From the NCBI RefSeq assembly GCF_031769215.1, contig NW_026781994.1:186001-250000 (forward strand): DNA of 64,000 nucleotides, written 5' to 3'. Both the position numbers and the translations under genes were made by a program. The DNA is from Ylistrum balloti (lineage: Eukaryota). A model generated the notes under the pieces. The model had not been told where the DNA came from and did no database searches. It worked only from the letters and a program-made list of their open reading frames with translations. The number at the start of each line of letters is the position of its first letter. Within the stretch, counting starts at the first letter, position 1. This document shows positions 1-11,489 of this stretch, in pieces.

Positions 1-664
1 CGCCTGGCGTACATATTCTAGACCGGAGAGGCAGTCATGCATCATTCAAGTAAAGCATGGCCAAGTCAGCAGACTCTAGCAGACAACACTTACTCCTATC
101 AAGTGGTTATCAAAGGTTCGAAGAACCTTTACATGCAACATGTTATGGGTGCTTTTAGTGCATCGTTTGCAGATTTTATTTGAGAGAGAAAGCAATATTT
201 GGCCAAATTAGCCATAGCCTACGATGGATGTTTACGTTTGTCTATTGTTTACAGTTCATATACAAAGGAAGTTATCTCTAATGCGAAAATGATAACGCCA
301 CTATATCAAGATGAGGTCGCTAAAGTATTCAAATTACTTCCTTCGAATATGTATCACTACACGTCATCCTTGTCGGTATATTGACTCCAAAAACTAGTTT
401 AAATGATGTTGGTATATTGTCTACTACTTTCACGCTAGTTTTAAATTTTGTCTATCAACAGCAACTTATGTGAATTGCAGATATTGTCAACTACCGTGAC
501 GTCACAGATGATGGCATTCCTTGTCGTCCCCTTTGAGTCACACTTTATACCATATATACAAAATGACGTCACAGGTTATAAAATGTATCCAATATGACGT
601 CATAATTACATGAATTTTCGACAAAACTTTGACATCAAATCGGACCACACAAATGATAACATAC

Positions 665-3600
665 CTCGATGTTTCCAGAAAATGACATATACGATGATAA
701 CTATGACAATTATGGCCCCTATCAGACAGAGGATGGCGACAAGAACGGCGGCGATTCCGGCCGGCGAGCTGTGGATGAAATATGGAAACACATGTTACTG
801 ACTACAACTCTATAGATAAAATTGTTTTCTGATTTCATATCGACCAACATCAATCGCCAAACTCTAATATTATATATTACAAGCAATCGAAATTTCTTTT
901 CGAGATTTCCATATCTCTAAAATCGTTGAAAAAAGTCTTATTGTATTTTCGTTAATAAGTATAGGAAACAATACCACCAAACAACGCATTTTTACAAGAA
1001 CTTTTTATTGAATCTTTCAACCCTTTAAAGGAGACATTTAACACCCAATAACCCTTTAGTAGCACATAGAGCCATGCATTCTTGTACTCTGATTTAAACA
1101 ATAATCCAAGGAACCGAACATTTCACACACAAGTCATGTTGATGAAAGTTGTCTTCAAAATACTTACAAACTGTTGCAGCAGTATTCGTTTGGTGCATCC
1201 CCACAGCACAAGTATTCTCCATAACAGACCCGAGGAGCAGTAGTCGATACGCGGATATTGGCTGCATTATAGGTGAAATATGAAACTGTTCCACACTCGA
1301 CATCAGCCTTCACCACGACTGCAACAAACATTTAAATCTAGCATGAAATCATGCTTTCAATGTATTCTTCAATAAAATATCTACAAAAACGTATAAACAG
1401 ACATTAAAATCACCTACAAAAAACTATGTACATTGATGTACATGCAGAGCGGTGTCCAGACGACTGAGCCCGATTCAATCCATGTTAAATTTTGTAAAGT
1501 TCCCTCTTCCTCATTACATAGCGTTCTCCGATGTTCGTGGTCGCGACATCGAGCAAGATATTTCATCCTTTAACTCTGGCTCGTGTGTATTGGGTTACTA
1601 TCAATCTCCTTGAGGATTACAATTTAAGTTAAGTAGAATGTATTATGACGAAGCATTATTCCAATCCGGTGTGTAAGCAGACCAATTGATACTTAACAAA
1701 TGTGTAACTTCTAGTTACTAGTTGTGCTTATTTTTTAAAACTGAATTTTCTGTGTAAATTGTTTTGGTTTTGAATTTCACAGGTAATCTTGTTATTTATC
1801 CAGCTATATCGACAACAATACAAATATATAAATAACTCCAATAGTGAGATGATAAAGGGCGACAACTCTAAATTTGCCAATTAAATTCATATGTAGCCAT
1901 ACGAAAATTAAGTAGAAAAAGAAAAGAAAAAACATACAAACAACGCAGTATATTTGTGCTATAGACTTGAGCAGATAACCATAACAAGTAAGTTGAGCCA
2001 ACGACGAAATATTATATGATTTTAGCACACATTGAAACCAATCTTTCTCAATCCTCCAAATCACCAGTGCCAATTCTTTATCATTTTAAAAGGTTTTCTC
2101 GTGATATACAGTACATGGGCAGCAATTTCAGGGAGAATGTGAATATCATAATCTCGACCTTCCCAGTATGTCCTTGCCCCGCAGCTTTTACAATGATAGA
2201 AATCACCAGAGGTTTTAGCTGAGAAGTTGACAATCTAGCATCCGTAATACCGTTATACAAACCACCCACGTTGCTTGAAATTCCGTTATGATTTCAAAGA
2301 CAGAATAAACCCGTAGCTCGAAATATTAATGGTTCTTTTTATATACTTTTTACAAACTAATAAGACACATTTTGAGATGCCAAGCGAAGTCCTTCCATTT
2401 CACTTTCCGATATATTGATAACGTCTTGAAAATGTCCATCGTATATTTCCATCAATTTTGGAAACCAAGCATACAGCAGACCACTTCTTCAGTTGCTTTC
2501 CTCTACTCTATTTCTTCCTTCAACGAAATCAAGATGGACAACTTTCCACCTAGCTGCATACGCATGGTGATTTTATTTTCTGTTTTGTGAATTTTCTATT
2601 TCTGAATAGCAACATCCCCATCGTATGGTGCTTACATGTCTCGGTTGATTCGATATTTCAGAGACTGTACCAAATATCATCCTTTTTGTGCAAGATGTCG
2701 GCGACTGACAGACGAACTCACAATACAGGGTTTCAAGGGATGCAGAATAAGGGGACATTTGAAAGTCATTATAATGTCTTATTTAGAAATAGGCTATTCT
2801 TGTGCAGCATGAAGTTGAACGTGTTTGATTATCAGTAACATGCGGTTTTGTCAATCTTTACCTTCTCTCTCTTAAGAGCGTGACATTACTTAATTGGATT
2901 GACCAAGATTTTTATGACGGGTTTCGTTCATGAAATAGAAGACGCTTACTCTTCCGGAACACCTTGTTTTAGTCTCTTTATATTTTTCCAGATGTCCCCT
3001 TGTAAACTTTTCTATTGTTCATGTTTGCCCAGTGACTTTGAATTAAAATTGTGTTGACAAACGGTAATAACTTTGTATATATTTAAAACATCGTCAATAT
3101 TTACCTCCATGTACACTCTGCAACCCCCGCTCTGATAGAAAAAGAGTATGAGACACACAGTACAGAAAGATGGGTTACAGACATCATAAATTGATGTTGT
3201 TCTCCAGGGTTTTCGTTTAGGAATAGCATTATAACGAAATGAACTATGTGTCTGTGAAGGTGTGACTAGATTACTTGTTAACCTCAAGTACAATAGATCG
3301 CGTGAATTTGTGAGTGTCAGTTTAATGTATCAAGAGAGAGTTTATCTTATTTGTAAACTGCCTTTAACTCAATCTTTAAATTCAAAATATACACCCGTCA
3401 TGACATTGACATACAATTTTTAATGTAGAATAGAAAACGATGACTCTATTAAATCGTATATCTAGCCTTAACTACTTACCTTATTTAAAAGAATTTTACT
3501 AGATCCGATAAAAATGACCATTGATGACAAATCCACTACCAGATATTCCAACAATGAATGGAGAGAAAAACAACGCATTCTGTGAGACATTGAGGCATCA

Positions 3601-5890
3601 TCAGCTGTGATCTCTATTAGAAAGAGTCCATTACATTTTATGGAAGATAGGTTCAAATACTTTTTATGTACTTTACTACATCAATGAAATTGTTATGATC
3701 GTACACCGGATAACGTATATAGGACAAAACCAATGGCCCCTGAAGGTCAAGTACACCGACCGACGAAGCCATCGCCCTCATGCTTTGTATGTCAAGTTTT
3801 CAATAGGTTTACCGATTTAACTAACATTTGTATTCGCCTAATGTTTTAGTGTTAACAATTGACGACCTTGTGAATGAAAGGTTCCACTTTCGATTAGTCA
3901 TAGTTTAACTCTAAAAAAAATAATAACAGACGAATGGATCAGAATGAAACACAGTGTCAAGTGTTTAGGCTTTGTTTGTGAGAAAGACGTGTCCGGTTTA
4001 GTGGGGTAGGTGGTTGGCGTGAGGGATGCAGGCGGGGAGAAAATGGTTCGTTTTGGAAATCTAATGTTCTTAGAAAGCTGAGATCACTGGCATGGCCATC
4101 TTGTGCTACTGTAGTTTTGTCTTTGTGAGAGACACTTTGACTCAATAGCAAGTTGTTTCGATGGCGTTGCCACAGCTACAACGAGACCCCGCCTGGTTTA
4201 CGCTGGTATAATCCCAGACAAACAAATACAACAGACTAAGTCTTACGTCAATTGTCAACATTTTGACCTGTTGTCCTGAACATCTTTTTAGCATTGTTTC
4301 TTGTTTTTAGTATAGCCCTTATATCACCACCTGTTCGTCGACTAGTACAGATTTCCCTGTTGTTGCACTGTACTCCGCCTTTTCTTCTTAACACTTGTGA
4401 AATCGGAACAAAATAATGGATTTTTTTCATTGATGATGAAGTGGTGGGTCATTGAAAAGGAAATGGGAAAACAACATGGTATTAAATATATGTCCATAAA
4501 GCTTACAAGACTTTTTTCAGTAGATTTTCTACATTAAGACACGATAACGTCAAGGTCTAAGTTAAACCCAGTGAGCTACAGCGTAATTCTTCATAACAAC
4601 AAGTTTTAGCCCGGACAATGATCCATGGGGAAATTGTATGGTAATTATAGCCTATTGAATGTTGTAGTGGTGGTATGTCATATACACAAGAATGTCGACT
4701 ATCGTATTGTGTCAAGGCACAGATTAGCCCTGCTGTTACAAATCCCTCTTTTAGAGTTTTTCGCTTTACAACTTACCGAACTGTTGTCCTTGCCGAACTG
4801 TTGGCCTTGCCGAACTGTTGCCGGAGTTTAGATTCATGTTTTCGTTACGTCTTGGAGTTTAAATAGTATTAGCTTCAAGTTGTAAAATGAACGGTATGGG
4901 TTTATATAGAGGGCGGATGAATCGGGAGAAATTGAAGAGAGACTTGATAGAAAATAGATTGTGGGTGTATATAGAAAAGAGAAAGTTGGATGTAACATGA
5001 ATGGGAGTGACAATGTGTGTTTGATAGTGTGTAGTACTTGCCCTGTCAATCAAGAAATTCGCACAGCATAAGACTATCCTACCTTAATAGAAAAGAAATG
5101 TTGCCATATGGAGGAACATTTCATTTGTGATTGAAAAATAGTGACGAAGCTCTTCAAGTAAAATTTTGTAAATATGGAAATATCATTAATTTTGCTGTTG
5201 GTAATGAAAAAATAATATATGACGCAAGTTATTTCAGAAAATTTCCGTTCCGTGAGGAAAGGTAGTCATTTAAATAATTCGCACGTTAGCATAGTCGCTT
5301 TCTGCGTCTCCGCTCTGATACAGTTAAAGTCTACATGTAGGTTATCTAGTGTATCTAATGACAAGATACATACATACATACAGACACATACATACAGACA
5401 GGGGGTACCCGAAGGTTACGTGATGAAACAACCCAGAGTGTTCGTTCGTAGACAGGCGGGGTTTACTTCCATGTTTGTATTTATACGAGTGACAAGAAAC
5501 TGTTGGACAGGGATGTGAGTTTTACGGTTAGTTAATTTCGGCAGCTGTGATTAACTATATCGCCGTAAAAGATCAGATGACATGCACAGAGAAGATAGTG
5601 ATACTTAGCTGTAATCGATACTAAGATCTCTAGATTGACACGTTCAGGACACTAAAATCTACATTAAACTTTGACGTATATGTGGTTGTATATTCAAACA
5701 GATTTGTTTTAAGTTTGTTACACAACATAGTAATAAGGGAAAACCTCTTGTTTACGTTTTGAACATCAGTGAATTAACACTAAACAAAACTACCAACGAC
5801 TCCCAGAAATACTAATTCCTCCCAAACATTAATCTTACCTGCGGCGAGCGTGAGAATTAGGGCGAGGGTTGCCCCTCCCCTTTCCGACAT
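665..5890 (-). CDS. Small Cys-rich single-pass membrane protein (Shisa-like / CYYR1 / WBP1-VOPP1 type), exons 1-3; C-terminal exon(s) not located
   Basis: Exons 5890-5839 (ATG...G|gtaag), 1318-1168 (ttgcag|...TT|gtaag) and 768-665 (ccacag|...G|gtatg); phases 1 and 2 are consistent. Translation: MSERGGATLALILTLAAVVVKA (signal peptide) DVECGTVSYFTYNAANIRVSTTAPRVCYGEYLCCGDAPNEYCCNSF SPAGIAAVLVAILCLIGAIIVIVIIVYVIFWKHR (TM + basic stop-transfer). The C..CCG....YCC ectodomain pattern is typical of the Shisa-like superfamily. Confidence 0.8.
2360..2970 (+). mobile_element. Penelope-like (Naiad-type) retroelement, decayed 3' RT fragment plus 3' motif
   Basis: Frameshifted peptides FHFTFRYIDNVL (YIDD motif), NFLFLNSNIP and YGAYMSRLIRYFRDCTKYHPFCARCRRLTDELTIQGFKG, followed by the conserved 3' motif (gacgcttactcttccggaacacc) at about 2900-2966. 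Confidence 0.75.
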
Positions 5891-6792
5891 TTTTAACATC
5901 TCCGTCCGGGATTTGGGGGATATTCTCACATCCACCCGATCAACGTATCACACCCTCCTCCGGTGTACGGATGTTACGCCTCGTCTCACACACATTAAAA
6001 CAGGTTTGCCGAGCTAACGTTACGGTAGAGTGTACACGTACACCCTGCTGACTATATATATCCCATTGTAAAAGATTTCAATTGTGCTGGCGTCGTGCTT
6101 TAAATACCACTAGACCCAATAGTTACCCATTTTTTGCGGCTTACCTGTTTCCATTTATCTTAAAGTCCGGTTTGGTAATATCATAGCTTATAAAATGTTT
6201 TACTTGAATACACGATTTCTCAATTATACAGGTACACGTGACACACAAATCTGTGTAATGTTGTAAATTTCTCTATATCAAAAGAGGCGAGTGCCGTGAG
6301 TAATCACTTTAACAGGTATGACGTGTACAATTAAACGTTTTGAACTGCCCTATCAAGTTAATTTCTCATCAAATATAAATTTTCGTAAAGTTTGTTCAGT
6401 ATCTATCTTATTTATTTCACTAATTCTTTTCTCCGTCTCGTTTCCCTACCATATTCAGTATTTTGAGTTTAAGTTTGTCGGGATTCATGAGGATAAGCTC
6501 TGATGTTGCTTCTCGGTTAAAAATGCAACTTTGCACTAAGTTAAAAGTTTTATCAATACATACAAATGTGAGATACTTAAATATCTCTCAATTTCATTCT
6601 AACATCTAGCGTGTCATTCATTGCACCGGGAGTAAAACAAAGGGAAGTAACTCTGAGAGACAAGAAATTCTCCAGCGTCACTCATCTTGCACATTTCAAG
6701 AGAAGGTAGATACACACTCTACAGATACACAAGCACACAAAATGTGCCACTAGAACAGATATTGTACATCTTTTCTATGTAAGAAACCTTAC

Positions 6793-7875
6793 CTGTCCTT
6801 CACAAGTAAGGTATACTTCTCTATGGCTTGGATTCAATAATTTTCCTGTACAAAATTTCTGGCAGAATATCATTTTCGACTTGTGATGCGATGTTCGACA
6901 AACACCAGGGCAAACAACTTTGTTTGTTAAACGCAATTGCTCTACAACTGCAATTGAAGCAAATATGAGCTCAACTATTGTATAAAATATAAAGAAAAAG
7001 AAAGTATTTGAGTTGTGTAGTCAATATAAGCGTCGGCTAGTGCAAAAGAAAATCTAGTTCATGTCATTTCATTAAGGGATATGACAAATCAACGTTTAAA
7101 TGGGATTCTTACTGCGTTCAGGTGCCCACCATAGTATAAGCAGGTATTGAGTTGACAAGCTGTATTTTAACAGTTTGCTAGTTATCGAAAGAACTTTATC
7201 CAATGGAAGACAGTTGATAAGTGTCTGTTTCGCGCAATATTAAGATATTTACTAAGGATATCCACTGGACTTGTACAGCCAAAGATGTTTTCGTTGTTTA
7301 TCAATTTCCGAACTACAGTATCACAGGGCTATTTGGGGACTTGTCTACTTTGTAGAAGCTGGTGTCTAATTCTGGAAACCTACAACTATGGGAGTTTATC
7401 TAATTTACATAACTTTTATAAAGAATACATTTTCTGCTCATCTGCTCGTTTGGTAATTTTACGTTTTATTTTGAACACAACAAACTGTCCTTCTTATTGA
7501 ACTTTATCGCTTACTCAAAAAATGTAATGGGTAAAAAACAGGGTTCGGTCAGACAAAACTATAATTTCAGGCCACTTTTACGACCTTTTTGGATGCTTCC
7601 GTTAGTTGGCATCATATATATTTCTATATTAGTCACTAGATGACATGTAATATGTTGTCACATTCAACATAAATAAATATTTCAAGTTTATGGAATGACG
7701 CACCAACCGAAATCAACTGTAAAATTGTAACACATCAGATTTTCTTGTCACCATTTTCCATGCAATTTTTTCGTATACAATTTCTATATAGTTTGACAAA
7801 GATTATAATGAGAACAAGGTAAGGTTATAAGAACAATTACAAATTTTACTTACATATCACCAATATTATTATCAT
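6793..7875 (-). CDS. Candidate second Cys-rich secreted/membrane gene (two exons, 3' end unresolved)
   Basis: Exon 6974-6793 has a strong polypyrimidine acceptor (tttctttttctttatattttatacaatag), a CAG|gtaagg donor and a single open frame. A 22-nt exon 7875-7854 (ATG...T|gtaagt) joins in phase to give MIIILVIFELIFASIAVVEQLRLTNKVVCPGVCRTSHHKSKMIFCQKFCTGKLLNPSHREVYLTCEGQ. No downstream exon found. Confidence 0.45.
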
Positions 7876-8469
7876 AAATCGTAAACATGTCTTTAAATTA
7901 CATATGTCAATAACCACGACCTCAGGACCTGTTCGATCTACTACAAAAACATATTTTATTAGTACACTACCAGTGAGAAAAAGTCAGTCTACATGATCAT
8001 GTTTGATTACAAGAGTAAACTGACAGTCTAGTTTAGCTTTAAGTTCATCTCACTCATAGTATCAATGATTTGATCCAAGTCAATGTGTTATTATTAGTAT
8101 CTGTTGCCGGCAACCTCCTGTTAATATCTATAATGTTCAGTCCAGCATCAAGCTCAAATTTACAGAGAGAAAATATATTGTGAAGAATTATATTATCTAC
8201 TTCTCTGTCATATTGCATATGTTTCGCTTATTTCTCGTGTAAGTCTGCCAGCCTTGGAATGATATTTTTACATTGTACTGTAACTTCACACCATACATAT
8301 ATGTATGTACTTATTTTAATTGGATATGATTTTCTTGTTTTGAACAATATGCTCTTTCATTGCATTGTTATTGTTGTTGATCCTTAAGACTCACAGCGAA
8401 TTCTCAGTAAACAATAATAAACTGTACAGAAATATGAGCTTACTCTATCTACTTCCATCTATGCTAGAT

Positions 8470-8720
8470 AACAAGGCCCGATGGCTTTAAGCAATCATTT
8501 GAGAGCTATTGGTCACAGATCAGAAGAGTCTGTGTCGTGCGTGTCTTGTCGTCCGTTGTCAATCCGTCCGTCCTTCCATACCCATCTATAAGTAATATCT
8601 TATTGTCACTTCTCATAAATAGGATAAAGGTTCTACACAGAGGTTTCGGGCCGTGAGAAGGATAAATCATAGGGGAACTGTGACCCATGTGACATACAAA
8701 ATGGCCGGTAGCTTGGAAAC
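8470..8720. mobile_element. Possible non-autonomous Helentron-type (HINE-like) repeat fragment
   Basis: Degenerate (gtcc)n microsatellite (gtcgtccgttgtcaatccgtccgtcc) and a caaaatggcc motif resemble bivalve HINE bodies; termini not defined. Confidence 0.3.
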
Positions 8721-8743
8721 AGTTTCGTGAAATATTCTATCCC

Positions 8744-8870
8744 TCTGGGCTTTACCTACGGACAAAACTAAACACAAAAATAAAATAAGAACTCATTCTG
8801 TATCTCTCTGGGCTTTAACTCCGGACAAAACAAAACACAAAAATAAAATAAGAACTCATTCTGTATCTCT
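8744..8870. repeat. Direct tandem duplication, about 63 bp x2
   Basis: ctctgggcttta...ggacaaaac.aaacacaaaaataaaataagaactcattctgtatct occurs twice head to tail. Confidence 0.85.
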
Positions 8871-9211
8871 TATCGTTATAGAGCTGAGATACTGGGAGGA
8901 AACTGATGCATTTAATTTTCGAAATTGTCTTGGTTCAAAGGTCAGATCTCTACATGAAACAATCAAAACATTCAGCTGACCTGCATCTTCTAATGACATA
9001 ACTATGCTTCTAGATTTCTAAGTTTGATGTCCCACTCAAGCTCTGAAAAAAAAAACAATCGGAAACTGATGGTATTCAGATTCTTTTTTTTTAAATTTTG
9101 ACACCATTCAGGTGAAAGAAAAAAAAGTTGACGTCAAAACCATAACATCAGTATGGTTAAGGAAAGACAACTCCTGGTAAAAAGTGTTCGATTCAAAACA
9201 AAAAGCCAATT

Positions 9212-9279
<68 letters not shown>

Positions 9280-9301
9280 AAGCAGCAGCAACAACAACAA
9301 C
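9212..9301. repeat. Compound (CAA)n(CAG)n trinucleotide microsatellite
   Basis: Run of caa units, then cag units, then caa units; no coding context found. Confidence 0.95.
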
Positions 9302-9734
9302 ACGAATACATGTAAATACAACCTCCCTGGTTTAGTACATTTTTTATTTAAACATATATTTTCTTCTCATACATCTATTTAAAGAGGAAAGGTGGCATCA
9401 ATTCAGCTTCATCAATTTATTTTAAATTACAGTTTCAACCCAACATGATAAATGAGTATGGATCTCAAGACAATGAAAACAACATCATCGCAAAATGAAA
9501 AAAAAAAAAAAAAGATGAAAAATTATAATAAAAGAAAAGGTTCATACAAGGTAAACTACATAAAAATGAAGACAATGAAAACAACATCATCGTTCCAATC
9601 CCATATTTCAACATAATTTAAACCACATATCGCTACATTAATTCTTTTTCGCATTGTAGTTCTTTCCCATCCAAAATCTTCATATATTTCTAAAAGCGAT
9701 TTCATAACTTTTGCAACAGATTTCGATGATAGTG

Positions 9735-11332
9735 TCATGAGTCTAGGACTGTTGGGTAGTTTCCCTGACCTTCTGTTACCGTCCAAGACAGATACTCTCG
9801 GTAAGATGGTGGCTTTTCAAGGTCCAACAGATAACCAGGTGGCTTTACACATTCTTCATACGAAGGCAGCAAAGTGAAAATCTGCATAGGTTTTCCTGAA
9901 ATGAGAAAAGATATATCTAATTCTGAAATGGAAAAAAGAAACAAAGCATACGACAGATTAAGCTCGCTCACTTAATTTGCATATCCGCCATCTTGGTTTT
10001 CGAATATACTATAAAGGCATTGCAGAAGGACCGAGAACTAGTGAATCTTAGAATTAAAGGGATCAGGCACATTTTTACCGGTCACTTATTGCACCTGACA
10101 CCGTTCTGTATGCATTAATATAATAATAATCATTGTTATTTTTCTGAGGTTCCCACGAGATTCACAAAACTGATTGAAGCGGTAAGCGCAATATAATCTT
10201 TTGTCGTCTTATTACAATTTACAGAACCGACTCGATATTTTCAGATTCCGGAAACAATACCGAAGACGATGCAGATGTTAAGGTTCTTAAGACCTTTGAA
10301 ATAGTTATTAATGCATTTGTGATCAAAAGTTGAAGGGGCCAGCAACGGGGTAACTAGATTTATAACTTGCAGGAACGGTCTGATGAAAAAAAACCCAGAT
10401 ATTCTGAACACGGTGTCACCTTTCAACCGCTTTCCCCAATAATGATTATATCTCTGCTGTGTAAGATGCCATCAGTGGAGCTATCACAGTGAGCGCTTGT
10501 AAAGCTATGGAAAGTCGAACACAGTCATAAATGTGACTGACGAATTTATTTTGAATACTACTGAACAAGCGCAATGGTCGAATAAACAGCATACATTTAC
10601 ATGCTCATACATTAAACTGCATAGACATTATTTACAAACAAAAAGAAATTAAGTTTTGTTTTGCCTCAACATCTAATATTGGAAACAGGATAAAGAAATA
10701 AAGAAAACTATAATTTTACCCTTTCCTACCCCCTGTTTCCATGCTTGCCGCCTCTCAAGATCTGGTGACGTCACGGGGTATTTTGACGACATTATCTCAT
10801 GAATATTAATGAGTTGAGGGAGCCTATTTCTCCACACGGAAAGAAAGAAAAGAAAGAATAAAAGAAAGAAAGAAAGAAAGAAAAGAAAGAAAGAACTGTA
10901 TTTTAAAAGAATACCTGTTTGGACCAGTACTATAGCATATTGATTGATGTTTTTATGCAAAATCGAAACTTCTTCCATTGAAAAAAATAATATGTATCAG
11001 TTGAAGATATAGAAAACATTTAATAATGACATTTTCTTACCAATATCAACAGACACATGGGGGGTTGCCACTTTTTCATTTTTGTCAAGTGATGTCACAT
11101 CCGGTTCCGGTAGATCACTCCTCCTTTGAGCTTGGCAGTACTTACATGTTAATAAGAATTTGAAAAGAAAATATCCAAAAATTAATACACCTGATACTGC
11201 AATACCAGCAAACGCTCCCAGATCTACTGACATGTCTCCTTTATTGCAAGTCCTTGAAACACAGCGATCCACCCCAGCTTGGACTCTCCTTCATAAGACA
11301 CAGAGAAAAACAAAGATTTGATTATATTCCAT
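9735..11332 (-). pseudogene. Single-pass membrane protein with PPxY tail (WBP1/VOPP1/Shisa-like); in-frame TGA at codon 14, so probable pseudogene, null allele or base error
   Basis: Exon 11332-11041 reads MEYNQIFVFLCVL*RRVQA GVDRCVSRTCNKGDMSVDLGAFAGIAVSGVLIFGYFLFKFLLTCKYCQAQRRSDLPEPDVTSLDKNEKVATPHVSVDI G|gtaag. It splices in phase 1 to exon 9895-9735 (tctcatttcag|GA KPMQIFTLLPSYEECVKPPGYLLDLEKPPSYREYLSWTVTEGQGNYPTVLDS*). TGA is at 11293-11291. Confidence 0.7.
10838..10895. repeat. (AAAG)n microsatellite
   Basis: Degenerate aaag/aaaag units in the intron of the PPxY gene. Confidence 0.85.
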
Positions 11333-11489
11333 TCATAAGCAACCAAACAGAAATAGACACCAGCTAACAAACTGAAAATCTCTCTTTGTCTATAAAATAG
11401 TAGTGCTGGCGTGCTCTCCTTTCTCACATTTTTGAGAAAATATGACTGCAGTAATGTTATGACAGTAGTTATAGTCTGTTCCTATTTAA

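Noticed and set aside
3468-3656. ORF ending at a strong AAG|gtaagt donor in intron 1 of the first gene
   Set aside because: Its phase-0 donor cannot join the phase-1 exon at 1318; no convincing acceptor and no recognisable peptide.
9153-9335. PolyQ/polyT/polyA coding tract
   Set aside because: Microsatellite with no flanking coding signal or splice sites.
11291-11293. Selenocysteine or programmed readthrough at the in-frame TGA
   Set aside because: The codon lies in a cleaved signal peptide, the +4 base is A rather than the leaky C, and no SECIS was recognised; a nonsense change or base error is simpler.
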